A stretch of 64,000 nt of DNA from Eledone cirrhosa (lineage: Eukaryota): NCBI GenBank assembly GCA_964016885.1, contig OZ024744.1, positions 4,402,001 to 4,466,000 of the forward strand, written 5' to 3'. Position numbers and translations under genes: made by a program. Each line of letters opens with the position of its first letter. Position 1 is the stretch's first letter. The notes beneath the pieces were generated by a model, which had not been told where the DNA came from, ran no database searches, and saw only the letters and a list, made by a program, of their open reading frames with translations. Below are positions 9,816-23,500 of the stretch, one piece after another.

Positions 9816-12800
9816 ATAGTTTGGTGAAGAACGAAGTTTTGGGGGAAAAAAAGGTAGAGAAATATAGCTTGGTGAAGAACGAAGTTTTGAGGGAAGACAA
9901 GGTAGAGAAAGATAGCTTGATGAAGAACGAAGTTTTGAGGGAAGACAAGGTAGAGAAGGTTAGCTTGGTGAAGAACGAAGTTTTGAGGGAAGACAAGGTA
10001 GAGAAAGATAGCTTGGTGAAGAACGAAGTTTTGAGGGAAGACAAGGTAGAGAAAGATAGCTTGGTGAAGAACGAAGTTTTGAGGGAAGACAAGGTAGAGA
10101 AAGATAGCTTGATGAAGAACGAAGTTTTGAGGGAAGACAAGGTAGAGAACGATAGCTTGATGAAGAACGGAGTTTTGAGGGAAGACAAGATAGAGAAAGA
10201 TAGCTTGGTGAAGAACGAAGTTTTGAGGGAAGACAAGGTAGAGAAAGATAGTTTGGTGAAGAACGGAGTTTTGGGGGAAAAAAGGTAGAGAAAGATAGCT
10301 TGGTGAAGAACGAAGTTTTGAGGGAAGACAAGGTAGAGAAAGATAGCTTGGTGAGGAACGAAGTTTTGGGGGAAGACAGGGTTGAGAAAGATAGCCTGGT
10401 GAAGAACGAAGTTTTGAGGGAAGACAAGGTAGAGAAAGAGGGCTTGGTGAAGAACGAAGTTTTGAGAGAAGAATGGGTAGAGAAAGATAGCTTGGTGAAG
10501 AACGACGTTTTGAGGGAAGACAAGGTAGGGAAAGATAGCTTGGTGAAGAACGACGTTTTGTGGGAAGACAAGGTAGAGAAAGATAGCTTGGTGAAGAACG
10601 ACGTTTTGAGGGAAGACAAGGTAGAGAAAGATAGCTTGATGAAGAACGAAGTTTTGGGGGAAGACAATGTAGAGAAAGATAGCTTGGTGACGAACGAAGT
10701 CTTGAGGGAAGACAAGGTAGAGAAAGATAGCTTGATGAAGAACGAACGATGTTTTGAGGGAAGACAAAGTAGAGAAAGATAGCTTGGTGAAGAACGAAGT
10801 TTTGAGGGAAGACAAGGAATAGAAAGATAGCTTGATCAAGAACGAAGTTTTGAGGGAAGACAAGGTAGAGAAAGATAGCTTGGTGAAGAACGAAGTTTTG
10901 AGGGAAGACAAGGTAGAGAAGGATAGCTTGTGAAGAACGAAGTTTTGGGGGTAGACAAGGTAGAGAAAGATAGCTTGGTGAAGAACGAACGAAGTATTGA
11001 GGGAAGACAAGGTAGAGAAAGATAGCTTGGTGAAGAACGACGTTTCGAGGGAAGACAAAGTAGAGAACGATAGCTTGATGAAGAACGGAGTTTTGAAGGA
11101 AGACAAGATAGAGAAAGATAGCTTGGTGAAGAACGAAGTTTTGAGGAAAGACAAGGTAGAGAAAGATAGTTTGGTGAAGAACGGAGTTTTGGGGGAAAAA
11201 AAGGTAGGGAAAGATAGCTTGGTGAAGAACGAAGTTTTGAGGGAAGACAAGGTAGAGAAAGATAGCTTGGTGAATAACGACGTTTTGAGGGAAGACAAGG
11301 TAGAGAAAGATAGCTTGGTGAAGAACGAAGTTTTGAGGGAAGACAAGGTAGAGAAAGATATCTTGGTGAGGAACGAAGTTTTGGGGGAAGACAGGGTAAA
11401 GAAAGATGGCTTGGTGAAGAACGAACGACGTTTTGAGGGAAGACAAGGTAGAGAAAGATAGCTAGGTGAAGAACGACGTTTTGAGGGAAGACAAAGTAGA
11501 GAACGATAGCTTGATGAAGAACGGAGTTTTGAGGGAAGACAAGGTAGAGAAAGATAGCTTGGTGAAGAACGAAGTTTTGAGGGAAGACAAGGTAGAGAAA
11601 GATAGTTTGGTGAAGAACGAAGTTTTTGGGGAAAAAAAGGTAGAGAAATATAGCTTGGTGAAGAACGAAGTTTTGAGGGAAGACAAGGTAGAGAAAGATA
11701 GCTTGATGAAGAACGAAGTTTTGAGGGAAGACAAGGTAGAGAAGGTTAGCTTGGTGAAGAACGAAGTTTTGAGGGAAGACAAGGTAGAGAAAGATAGCTT
11801 GGTGAAGAACGAAGTTTTGAGGGAAGACAAGGTAGAGAAAGATAGCTTGGTGAAGAACGAAGTTTTGAGGGAAGACAAGGTAGAGAAAGATAGCTTGATG
11901 AAGAACGAAGTTTTGAGGGAAGACAAGGTAGAGAACGATAGCTTGATGAAGAACGGAGTTTTGAGGGAAGACAAGATAGAGAAAGATAGCTTGGTGAAGA
12001 ACGAAGTTTTGAGGAAAGACAAAGTAGAGAACGATAGCTTGATGAAGAACGGAGTTTTGGGGGAAAAAAGGTAGAGAAAGATAGCTTGGTGAAGAACGAA
12101 GTTTTGAGGGAAGACAAGGTAGAGAAAGATAGCTTGGTGAGGAACGAAGTTTTGGGGGAAGACAGGGTTGAGAAAGATAGCCTGGTGAAGAACGAAGTTT
12201 TGAGGGAAGACAAGGTAGAGAAAGAGGGCTTGGTGAAGAACGAAGTTTTGAGAGAAGAATGGGTAGAGAAAGATAGCTTGGTGAAGAACGACGTTTTGTG
12301 GGAAGACAAGGTAGAGAAAGATAGCTTGGTGAAGAACGACGTTTTGAGGGAAGACAAGGTAGAGAAAGATAGCTTGATGAAGAACGACGTTTTGTGGGAA
12401 GACAAGGTAGAGAAAGATAGCTTGGTGAAGAACGACGTTTTGAGGGAAGACAAGGTAGAGAAAGATAGCTTGATGAAGAACGAAGTTTTGGGGGAAGACA
12501 ATGTAGAGAAAGATAGCTTGGTGACGAACGAAGTCTTGAGGGAAGACAAGGTAGAGAAAGATAGCTTGATGAAGAACGAACGATGTTTTGAGGGAAGACA
12601 AAGTAGAGAAAGATAGCTTGGTGAAGAACGAAGTTTTGAGGGAAGACAAGGAATAGAAAGATAGCTTGATCAAGAACGAAGTTTTGAGGGAAGACAAGGT
12701 AGAGAAAGATAGCTTGGTGAAGAACGAAGTTTTGAGGGAAGACAAGGTAGAGAAGGATAGCTTGTGAAGAACGAAGTTTTGGGGGTAGACAAGGTAGAGA

Positions 12801-15800
12801 AAGATAGCTTGGTGAAGAACGAAGTTTTGAGGGAAGACAAGGTAGAGTAAGATAGCTTGGTGAAGAACGAAGTTTTGAGGGAAGACAAGGTAGAGAAAGA
12901 TAGCTTGGTGAAGAACGAAGTTTTGAGGGAAGACAAGGTAGAGAAAGATAGCTTGATGAAGAACGAAGTTTTGAGGGAAGACAAGGTAGAGAAAGATAGC
13001 TTGATCAAGAACGAAGTTTTGAGGGAAGACAAGGTAGAGAAGGATAGCTTGTGAAGAACGAAGTTTTGGGGGAAGACAAGGTAAAGAAAGATGGCTTGGT
13101 GAAGAACGAACGACGTTTTGAGGGAAGACAAGGTAGAGAAAGATAGCTAGGTGAAGAACGACGTTTTGAGGGAAGACAAAGTAGAGAACGATAGCTTGAT
13201 GAAGAACGGAGTTTTGAGGGAAGACAAGGTAGAGAAAGATAGCTTGGTGAAGAACGAAGTTTTGAGGGAAGACAAGGTAGAGAAAGATAGTTTGGTGAAG
13301 AACGAAGTTTTGGGGGAAAAAAAGGTAGAGAAATATAGCTTGGTGAAGAACGAAGTTTTGAGGGAAGACAAGGTAGAGAAAGATAGCTTGATGAAGAACG
13401 AAGTTTTGAGGGAAGACAAGGTAGAGAAGGTTAGCTTGGTGAAGAACGAAGTTTTGAGGGAAGACAAGGTAGAGAAAGATAGCTTGGTGAAGAACGAAGT
13501 TTTGAGGGAAGACAAGGTAGAGAAAGATAGCTTGGTGAAGAACGAAGTTTTGAGGGAAGACAAGGTAGAGAAAGATAGCTTGATGAAGAACGAAGTTTTG
13601 AGGGAAGACAAGGTAGAGAACGATAGCTTGATGAAGAACGGAGTTTTGAGGGAAGACAAGATAGAGAAAGATAGCTTGGTGAAGAACGAAGTTTTGAGGG
13701 AAGACAAGGTAGAGAAAGATAGTTTGGTGAAGAACGGAGTTTTGGGGGAAAAAAGGTAGAGAAAGATAGCTTGGTGAAGAACGAAGTTTTGAGGGAAGAC
13801 AAGGTAGAGAAAGATAGCTTGGTGAGGAACGAAGTTTTGGGGGAAGACAGGGTTGAGAAAGATAGCCTGGTGAAGAACGAAGTTTTGAGGGAAGACAAGG
13901 TAGAGAAAGAGGGCTTGGTGAAGAACGAAGTTTTGAGAGAAGAATGGGTAGAGAAAGATAGCTTGGTGAAGAACGACGTTTTGAGGGAAGACAAGGTAGG
14001 GAAAGATAGCTTGGTGAAGAACGACGTTTTGTGGGAAGACAAGGTAGAGAAAGATAGCTTGGTGAAGAACGACGTTTTGAGGGAAGACAAGGTAGAGAAA
14101 GATAGCTTGATGAAGAACGAAGTTTTGGGGGAAGACAATGTAGAGAAAGATAGCTTGGTGACGAACGAAGTCTTGAGGGAAGACAAGGTAGAGAAAGATA
14201 GCTTGATGAAGAACGAACGATGTTTTGAGGGAAGACAAAGTAGAGAAAGATAGCTTGGTGAAGAACGAAGTTTTGAGGGAAGACAAGGAATAGAAAGATA
14301 GCTTGATCAAGAACGAAGTTTTGAGGGAAGACAAGGTAGAGAAAGATAGCTTGGTGAAGAACGAAGTTTTGAGGGAAGACAAGGTAGAGAAGGATAGCTT
14401 GTGAAGAACGAAGTTTTGGGGGTAGACAAGGTAGAGAAAGATAGCTTGGTGAAGAACGAACGAAGTATTGAGGGAAGACAAGGTAGAGAAAGATAGCTTG
14501 GTGAAGAACGACGTTTCGAGGGAAGACAAAGTAGAGAACGATAGCTTGATGAAGAACGGAGTTTTGAAGGAAGACAAGATAGAGAAAGATAGCTTGGTGA
14601 AGAACGAAGTTTTGAGGAAAGACAAGGTAGAGAAAGATAGTTTGGTGAAGAACGGAGTTTTGGGGGAAAAAAAGGTAGGGAAAGATAGCTTGGTGAAGAA
14701 CGAAGTTTTGAGGGAAGACAAGGTAGAGAAAGATAGCTTGGTGAATAACGACGTTTTGAGGGAAGACAAGGTAGAGAAAGATAGCTTGGTGAAGAACGAA
14801 GTTTTGAGGGAAGACAAGGTAGAGAAAGATATCTTGGTGAGGAACGAAGTTTTGGGGGAAGACAGGGTAAAGAAAGATGGCTTGGTGAAGAACGAACGAC
14901 GTTTTGAGGGAAGACAAGGTAGAGAAAGATAGCTAGGTGAAGAACGACGTTTTGAGGGAAGACAAAGTAGAGAACGATAGCTTGATGAAGAACGGAGTTT
15001 TGAGGGAAGACAAGGTAGAGAAAGATAGCTTGGTGAAGAACGAAGTTTTGAGGGAAGACAAGGTAGAGAAAGATAGTTTGGTGAAGAACGAAGTTTTTGG
15101 GGAAAAAAAGGTAGAGAAATATAGCTTGGTGAAGAACGAAGTTTTGAGGGAAGACAAGGTAGAGAAAGATAGCTTGATGAAGAACGAAGTTTTGAGGGAA
15201 GACAAGGTAGAGAAGGTTAGCTTGGTGAAGAACGAAGTTTTGAGGGAAGACAAGGTAGAGAAAGATAGCTTGGTGAAGAACGAAGTTTTGAGGGAAGACA
15301 AGGTAGAGAAAGATAGCTTGGTGAAGAACGAAGTTTTGAGGGAAGACAAGGTAGAGAAAGATAGCTTGATGAAGAACGAAGTTTTGAGGGAAGACAAGGT
15401 AGAGAACGATAGCTTGATGAAGAACGGAGTTTTGAGGGAAGACAAGATAGAGAAAGATAGCTTGGTGAAGAACGAAGTTTTGAGGAAAGACAAAGTAGAG
15501 AACGATAGCTTGATGAAGAACGGAGTTTTGGGGGAAAAAAGGTAGAGAAAGATAGCTTGGTGAAGAACGAAGTTTTGAGGGAAGACAAGGTAGAGAAAGA
15601 TAGCTTGGTGAGGAACGAAGTTTTGGGGGAAGACAGGGTTGAGAAAGATAGCCTGGTGAAGAACGAAGTTTTGAGGGAAGACAAGGTAGAGAAAGAGGGC
15701 TTGGTGAAGAACGAAGTTTTGAGAGAAGAATGGGTAGAGAAAGATAGCTTGGTGAAGAACGACGTTTTGTGGGAAGACAAGGTAGAGAAAGATAGCTTGG

Positions 15801-16294
15801 TGAAGAACGACGTTTTGAGGGAAGACAAGGTAGAGAAAGATAGCTTGATGAAGAACGACGTTTTGTGGGAAGACAAGGTAGAGAAAGATAGCTTGGTGAA
15901 GAACGACGTTTTGAGGGAAGACAAGGTAGAGAAAGATAGCTTGATGAAGAACGAAGTTTTGGGGGAAGACAATGTAGAGAAAGATAGCTTGGTGACGAAC
16001 GAAGTCTTGAGGGAAGACAAGGTAGAGAAAGATAGCTTGATGAAGAACGAACGATGTTTTGAGGGAAGACAAAGTAGAGAAAGATAGCTTGGTGAAGAAC
16101 GAAGTTTTGAGGGAAGACAAGGAATAGAAAGATAGCTTGATCAAGAACGAAGTTTTGAGGGAAGACAAGGTAGAGAAAGATAGCTTGGTGAAGAACGAAG
16201 TTTTGAGGGAAGACAAGGTAGAGAAGGATAGCTTGTGAAGAACGAAGTTTTGGGGGTAGACAAGGTAGAGAAAGATAGCTTGGTGAAGAACGAA
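9334..16294. repeat. 3471-bp tandem duplication (~72 monomers), itself made of two related subunits (1786 + 1685 bp)
   Basis: ORF pairs 9386/12857, 9680/13151, 10300/13771, 10997/14468, 11466/14937 and 12086/15557 are all offset by 3471 with identical translations. The block-private marker GGGTTGAGAAAGATAGCCTGG occurs four times (~10379, 12165, 13850, 15636). Confidence 0.93.
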
Positions 16295-17556
16295 CGAAGT
16301 ATTGAGGGAAGACAAGGTAGAGAAAGATAGCTTGGTGAAGAACGACGTTTCGAGGGAAGACAAAGTAGAGAACGATAGCTTGATGAAGAACGGAGTTTTG
16401 AGGGAAGACAAGATAGAGAAAGATAGCTTGGTGAAGAACGAAGTTTTGAGGAAAGACAAGGTAGAGAAAGATAGTTTGGTGAAGAACGGAGTTTTGGGGG
16501 AAAAAAAGGTAGGGAAAGATAGCTTGGTGAAGAACGAAGTTTTGAGGGAAGACAAGGTAGAGAAAGATAGCTTGGTGAAGAACGACGTTTTGAGGGAAGA
16601 CAAGGTAGAGAAAGATAGCTTGGTGAAGAACGAAGTTTTGAGGGAAGACAAGGTAGAGAAAGATATCTTGGTGAGGAACGAAGTTTTGGGGGAAGACAGG
16701 GTAGAGAAAGATAGCTTGGTGAAGAACGAAGTTTTGTGGGAAGACAAGGTAGAGAAAGAGAGCTTGGTGAAGAACGAAGTTTTAAGAGAAGAATGGGTAG
16801 AGAAAGATAGCTTGGTGAAGAACGGCGTTTTGAGGGAAGACAAGGTAGCGAAAGATAGCTTGGTGAAGAACGACGTTTTGTGGGAAAACAAGGTAGAGAG
16901 AGATAGCTTGGTGAAGAACGAAGTTTTGTGGGAAGACAAGGTAGAGAAAGATAGCTTGGTGAAGAACGAAGTTTTGGGGGTAGACAAGGTAGAGAAAGAT
17001 AGCTTGGTGAAGAACGAAGTTTTGGGGGAAGACAAGGTAGAGAAAGATAGCTTGGTGAAGAACGACGTTTTGAGGGAAGACAAGGTAGAGAAAGATAGCT
17101 TGATGAAGCACGAAGTTTTGTGGGAAGACAAGGTAGAGAAAGATAGCTTGGTGAAGAACGACGTTTTGAGGGAAGACAAGGTAGAGAAAGATAGCTTGAT
17201 GAAGAACGAAGTTTTGGGGGAAGACAATGTAGAGAAAGATAGCTTGGTGACGAACGAAGTCTTGAGGGAAGACAAGGTAGAGAAAGATAGCTTGATGAAG
17301 AACGAACGATGTTTTGAGTGAAGACAAAGTAGAGAAAGATAGCTTGGTGAAGAACGAAGTTTTGAGGGAAGACAAGGAATAGAAAGATAGCTTGATCAAG
17401 AACGAAGTTTTGAGGGAAGACAAGGTAGAGAAAGATAGCTTGGTGAAGAACGAAGTTTTGAGGGAAGACAAGGTAGAGAAGGATAGCTTGTGAAGAACGA
17501 AGTTTTGGGGGAAGACAAGGTAGAGAAAGATAGCTTGGTGAAGAACGAACGAAGTT

Positions 17557-20500
17557 TTGAGGGAAGACAAGGTAGATAAAGATAGCTTGGTGACGAACGA
17601 CGTTTCGAGGGAAGACAAAGTAGAGAACGATAGCTTGATGAAGAACGGAGTTTTGAGGGAAGACAAGATAGAGAAAGATAGCTTGGTGAAGAACGAAGTT
17701 TTGAGGAAAGACAAGGTAGAGAAAGATAGTTTGGTGAAGAACGGAGTTTTGGGGGAAAAAAAGGTAGGGAAAGATAGCTTGGTGAAGAACGAAGTTTTGA
17801 GGGAAGACAAGGTAGAGAAAGATGGCTTGGTGAAGAACGAAGTTTTGAGGGAAGACAAGGTAGAGAAAGATAGCTTGGTGAAGAACGAAGTTTTGAGGGA
17901 AGACAAGGTAGAGAAAGATAGCTTGGTGAGGAACGAAGTTTTGGGGGAAGACAGGGTAGAGAAAGATAGCTTGGTGAAGAACGAAGTTTTGAGGGAAGAC
18001 AAGGTAGAGAAAGAGAGCTTGGTGAAGAACGAAGTTTTAAGAGAAGAATGGGTAGAGAAAGATAGCTTCGTGAAGAACGACGTTTTGAGGGAAGACAAGG
18101 TAGCGAAAGATAGCTTGGTGAAGAACGACGTTTTGTGGGAAGACAAGGTAGAGAGAGATAGCTTGGTGAAGAACGAAGTTTTGTGGGAAGACAAGGTAGA
18201 GAAAGGTAGCTTGGTGAAGAACGAAATTTTGGGGCTAGACAAGGTAGAGAAAGATAGCTTGGTGAAGAACGAAGTTTTGGGGGAAGACAAGGTACAGAAA
18301 GATAGCTTGGTGAAGAACGACGTTTTGAGGGAAGACATGGTAGAGAAAGATAGCTTGATGAAGAACGAAGTTTTGTGGGAAGACAAGGTAGAGAAAGATA
18401 GCTTGGTGAAGAACGACGTTTTGAGGGAAGACAAGGTAGAGAAAGATAGCTTGATGAAGAACGAAGTTTTGGGGGAAGACAATGTAGAGAAAGATAGCTT
18501 GGTGACGAACGAAGTCTTGAGGGAAGACAAGGTAGAGAAAGATAGCTTGATGAAGAACGAACGATGTTTTGAGGGAAGACAAAGTAGAGAAAGATAGCTT
18601 GATGAAGAACGAAGTTTTGCAGGAAGGCAAGGTAGAGAAAGATAGCTTGGTGAATAACGATGTTTTGAGGGAAGACAAGGTAGAGAAAGATAGCTTGGTG
18701 AAGACGATGTTCTGGGGGAAGACAAGGTAGAGAAAGATAGCTTGGTGAAGAACGAAGTTTTGAGGGAAGACAAGGTAGAGAAAGATAGCTTGGTGAAGAA
18801 CGAAGTTTTGAGGGAAGACAAGGTAGAGAAAGATAGCTTGGTGAATAACGAAGTTTTGAAGGAAGACAAGGTAAAGAAAGATAGCTTGGTGAAGAATGAA
18901 GTTTTGGGGGAAGACAATGTAGAGAAAGATAGCTTGATGAAGAACGAAGTTTTGAGGGAAGACAAGGTAGAGAAAGATAGCTTGGTGAAGAACGACGTTT
19001 TGAGGGAAGACATGGTAGAGAAAGATAGCTTGATGAAGAACGAAGTTTTGTGGGAAGACAAGGTAGAGAAAGATAGCTTGGTGAAGAACGACGTTTTGAG
19101 GGAAGACAAGGTAGAGAAAGATAGCTTGGTGAAGAACAAAGTTTTGAGGGAAGACAAGGTAGAGAAAGATAGCTTGATCAAGAACGAAGTTTTGAGGGAA
19201 GACAAGGTAGAGAAGGATAGCTTGTGAAGAACGAAGTTTTGGGGGAAGACAAGGTAGAGAAAGATAGCTTGGTGAAGAACGAACGACGTTTTGAGGGAAG
19301 ACAAAGTAGAGAAAGATAGCTAGGTGAAGAACGACGTGTTGAGGGAAGACAAAGTAGAGAACGATAGCTTGATAAAGAACGGTGTTTTGAGGGAAGACAA
19401 GGTAGAGAAAGATAGCTTGGTGAAGAACGAAGTTTTGAGGGAAGACAAGGTAGAGAAAGATAGCTTGATCAAGAACGAAGTTTTGAGGGAAGACAAGGTA
19501 GAGAAGGATAGCTTGTGAAGAACGAAGTTTTGGGGGAAGACAAGGTAAAGAAAGATAGCTTGGTGAAGAACGAACGACGTTTTGAGGGAAGACAAGGTAG
19601 AGAAAGATAGCTAGGTGAAGAACGACGTTTTGAGGGAAGACAAAGTAGAGAACGATAGCTTGATGAAGAACGGAGTTTTGAGGGAAGACAAGGTAGAGAA
19701 AGATAGCTTGGTGAAGAACGAAGTTTTGAGGGAAGACAAGGTAGAGAAAGATAGTTTGGTGAAGAACGAAGTTTTGGGGGAAAAAAAGGTAGAGAAATAT
19801 AGCTTGGTGAAGAACGAAGTTTTGAGGGAAGACAAGGTAGAGAAAGATAGCTTGATGAAGAACGAAGTTTTGAGGGAAGACAAGGTAGAGAAAGTTAGCT
19901 TGGTGAAGAACGAAGTTTTGAGGGATGACAAGGTAGAGAAAGATAGCTTGGTGAAGAACGAAGTTTTGAGGGAAGACAAGGTAGAGAAAGATAGCTTGGT
20001 GAAGAACGACGTTTTGAGGGAAGACAAGGAAGAGAAAGATAGCTTGATGAAGCACGAAGTTTTGTGGGAAGACAAGGTAGAGAAAGATAGCTTGGTGAAG
20101 AACGACGTTTTGAGGGAAGACAAGGTAGAGAAAGATAGCTTGATGAAGAACGAAGTTTTGGGGGAAGACAATGTAGAGAAAGATAGCTTGGTGACGAACG
20201 AAGTCTTGAGGGAAGACAAGGTAGAGAAAGATAGCTTGATGAAGAACGAACGATGTTTTGAGGGAAGACAAAGTAGAGAAAGATAGCTTGGTGAAGAACG
20301 AAGTTTTGAGGGAAGACAAGGAATAGAAAGATAGCTTGATCAAGAACGAAGTTTTGAGGGAAGACAAGGTAGAGAAAGATAGCTTGGTGAAGAACGAAGT
20401 TTTGAGGGAAGACAAGGTAGAGAAGGATAGCTTGTGAAGAACGAAGTTTTGGGGGAAGACAAGGTAGAGAAAGATAGCTTGGTGAAGAACGAACGAAGTT

Positions 20501-23500
20501 TTGAGGGAAGACAAGGTAGATAAAGATAGCTTGGTGAAGAACGACGTTTCGAGGGAAGACAAAGTAGAGAACGATAGCTTGATGAAGAACGGAGTTTTGA
20601 GGGAAGACAAGATAGAGAAAGATAGCTTGGTGAAGAACGAAGTTTTGAGGAAAGACAAGGTAGAGAAAGATAGTTTGGTGAAGAACGGAGTTTTGGGGGA
20701 AAAAAAGGTAGGGAAAGATAGCTTGGTGAAGAACGAAGTTTTGAGGGAAGACAAGGTAGAGAAAGATGGCTTGGTGAAGAACGAAGTTTTGAGGGAAGAC
20801 AAGGTAGAGAAAGATAGCTTGGTGAAGAACGAAGTTTTGAGGGAAGACAAGGTAGAGAAAGATAGCTTGGTGAAGAACGAAGTTTTGAGGGAAGACAAGG
20901 TAGAGAAAGATAGCTTGGTGAAGAACGAAGTTTTGAGGGAAGACAAGGTAGAGAAAGATAGCTTGGTGAGGAACGAAGTTTTGGGGGAAGACAGGGTAGA
21001 GAAAGATAGCTTGGTGAAGAACGAAGTTTTGAGGGAAGACAAGGTAGAGAAAGAGAGCTTGGTGAAGAACGAAGTTTTAAGAGAAGAATGGGTAGAGAAA
21101 GATAGCTTCGTGAAGAACGACGTTTTGAGGGAAGACAAGGTAGCGAAAGATAGCTTGGTGAAGAACGACGTTTTGTGGGAAGACAAGGTAGAGAGAGATA
21201 GCTTGGTGAAGAACGAAGTTTTGTGGGAAGACAAGGTAGAGAAAGGTAGCTTGGTGAAGAACGAAGTTTTGGGGGTAGACAAGGTAGAGAAAGATAGCTT
21301 GGTGAAGAACGAAGTTTTGGGGGAAGACAAGGTACAGAAAGATAGCTTGGTGAAGAACGACGTTTTGAGGGAAGACATGGTAGAGAAAGATAGCTTGATG
21401 AAGAACGAAGTTTTGTGGGAAGACAAGGTAGAGAAAGATAGCTTGGTGAAGAACGACGTTTTGAGGGAAGACAAGGTAGAGAAAGATAGCTTGATGAAGA
21501 ACGAAGTTTTGGGGGAAGACAATGTAGAGAAAGATAGCTTGGTGACGAACGAAGTCTTGAGGGAAGACAAGGTAGAGAAAGATAGCTTGATGAAGAACGA
21601 ACGATGTTTTGAGGGAAGACAAAGTAGAGAAAGATAGCTTGATGAAGAACGAAGTTTTGCAGGAAGGCAAGGTAGAGAAAGATAGCTTGGTGAATAACGA
21701 TGTTTTGAGGGAAGACAAGGTAGAGAAAGATAGCTTGGTGAAGACGATGTTCTGGGGGAAGACAAGGTAGAGAAAGATAGCTTGCTGAAGAACGAAGTTT
21801 TGAGGGAAGACAAGGTAGAGAAAGATAGCTTGGTGAAGAACGAAGTTTTGAGGGAAGACAAGGTAGAGAAAGATAGCTTGGTGAATAACGAAGTTTTGAG
21901 GGAAGACAAGGTAAAGAAAGATAGCTTGGTGAAGAACGATGTTTTGGGGGAAGACAAGGTAGAGAAAGATAGCTTGGTGAAGAACGAAGTTTTGAGGGAA
22001 GACAAGGTAGAGAAAGATAGCTTGGTGAAGAACGAAGTTTTGAGGGAAGACAAGGTAGAGAAAGATAGCTTGGTGAAGAACAAAGTTTTGAGGGAAGACA
22101 AGGTAGAGAAAGATAGCTTGATCAAGAACGAAGTTTTGAGGGAAGACAAGGTAGAGAAGGATAGCTTGTGAAGAACGAAGTTTTGGGGGAAGACAAGGTA
22201 GAGAAAGATAGCTTGGTGAAGAACGAACGACGTTTTGAGGGAAGACAAGGTAGAGAAAGATAGCTAGGTGAAGAACGACGTTTTGAGGGAAGACAAAGTA
22301 GAGAACGATAGCTTGATGAAGAACGGAGTTTTGAGGGAAGACAAGGTAGAGAAAGATAGCTTGGTGAAGAACGAAGTTTTGAGGGAAGACAAGGTAGAGA
22401 AAGATAGTTTGGTGAAGAACGAAGTTTTGGGGGAAAAAAAGGTAGAGAAATATAGCTTGGTGAAGAACGAAGTTTTGAGGGAAGACAAGGTAGAGAAAGA
22501 TAGCTTGATGAAGAACGAAGTTTTGAGGGAAGACAAGGTAGAGAAAGTTAGCTTGGTGAAGAACGAAGTTTTGAGGGATGACAAGGTAGAGAAAGATAGC
22601 TTGGTGAAGAACGAAGTTTTGAGGGAAGACAAGGTAGAGAAAGATAGCTTGGTGAAGAACGACGTTTTGAGGGAAGACAAGGTAGAGAAAGATAGCTTGA
22701 TGAAGCACGAAGTTTTGTGGGAAGACAAGGTAGAGAAAGATAGCTTGGTGAAGAACGACGTTTTGAGGGAAGACAAGGTAGAGAAAGATAGCTTGATGAA
22801 GAACGAAGTTTTGGGGGAAGACAATGTAGAGAAAGATAGCTTGGTGACGAACGAAGTCTTGAGGGAAGACAAGGTAGAGAAAGATAGCTTGATGAAGAAC
22901 GAACGATGTTTTGAGGGAAGACAAAGTAGAGAAAGATAGCTTGGTGAAGAACGAAGTTTTGAGGGAAGACAAGGAATAGAAAGATAGCTTGATCAAGAAC
23001 GAAGTTTTGAGGGAAGACAAGGTAGAGAAAGATAGCTTGGTGAAGAACGAAGTTTTGAGGGAAGACAAGGTAGAGAAGGATAGCTTGTGAAGAACGAAGT
23101 TTTGGGGGAAGACAAGGTAGAGAAAGATAGCTTGGTGAAGAACGAACGAAGTTTTGAGGGAAGACAAGGTAGATAAAGATAGCTTGGTGAAGAACGACGT
23201 TTCGAGGGAAGACAAAGTAGAGAACGATAGCTTGATGAAGAACGGAGTTTTGAGGGAAGACAAGATAGAGAAAGATAGCTTGGTGAAGAACGAAGTTTTG
23301 AGGAAAGACAAGGTAGAGAAAGATAGTTTGGTGAAGAACGGAGTTTTGGAGGAAAAAAAGGTACGGAAAGATAGCTTGGTGAAGAACGAAGTTTTGAGGG
23401 AAGACAAGGTAGAGAAAGATGGCTTGGTGAAGAACGAAGTTTTGAGGGAAGACAAGGTAGAGAAAGATAGCTTGGTGAAGAACGAAGTTTTGAGGGAAGA

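Noticed and set aside
10270-10290. A6 versus A7 homopolymer difference as a sequencing error
   Set aside because: It recurs at four homologous positions (~10278, 12064, 13749, 15535) within one duplicated block while other copies keep A7, so it is more likely a real inherited variant.
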